A stretch of DNA of 64,000 nucleotides from Chiloscyllium plagiosum. Taxonomy: Eukaryota. The notes below the pieces were generated by a model that was not told the DNA's origin, did no database searches, and saw only the letters and a list, made by a program, of their open reading frames with translations. Below are positions 63,912 through 64,000 of the stretch, piece by piece (within the stretch, counting starts at the first letter, position 1; each line of letters begins with the position of its first letter). The position numbers were made by a program, and so were the translations under genes. The stretch is from the NCBI RefSeq assembly GCF_004010195.1, contig NC_057740.1:3891142-3955141 (forward strand). Reading direction: 5' to 3'.

Positions 63912-64000
63912 GCATGGTGGCTCAGTGGTTATCATTGCTGCCTCACAGCACTAGGGACACAGATTCAATTCCAACCTTGGGAAACTGTCTGTGTGGAATT
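63912..64000 (+). mobile_element. HE1-type SINE head (runs off the window)
   Basis: ggtggctcagtggttatcattgctgcctcacagc. Confidence 0.85.

Overview
This is vertebrate genomic DNA, most likely from an elasmobranch (shark). That inference rests on abundant HE1-type SINEs, HER1/CR1 LINEs and a Deu-domain SINE. The window is dominated by repeats and has one assembly gap (32492-32868). Two protein-coding genes are visible, both on the minus strand. (1) A complete two-exon VMAC gene (CDS 27100-26910 + 22250-21878, 187 aa) with a CpG-island promoter containing a 38-bp tandem array of NRF1-type sites. (2) A multi-exon FYB/ADAP-PRAM1-family adaptor gene: a large Pro-rich exon at 63254-62561, YDDV/YDDI exons at ~56.6, 49.0 and 37.9 kb, and a candidate last exon at 28.8 kb. 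I could not find the family's hSH3 exons. The rest is CR1-type, Tx1-type and CR1/L2-group LINE relics, HE1 and other SINEs, a Gypsy integrase relic, solo LTRs, Tigger-like MITEs, a 5S rRNA pseudogene and minisatellites. The strongest non-genic signal is a dense set of minimal hammerhead-ribozyme motifs from several Penelope-like element (PLE) families. Several sit in tiny (150-300 bp) inverted-repeat cassettes flanked by 12-14 bp target-site duplications. PLE hammerheads are known biology, and I found no clear evidence of a wholly new system. Repeat boundaries were read by eye and are approximate.
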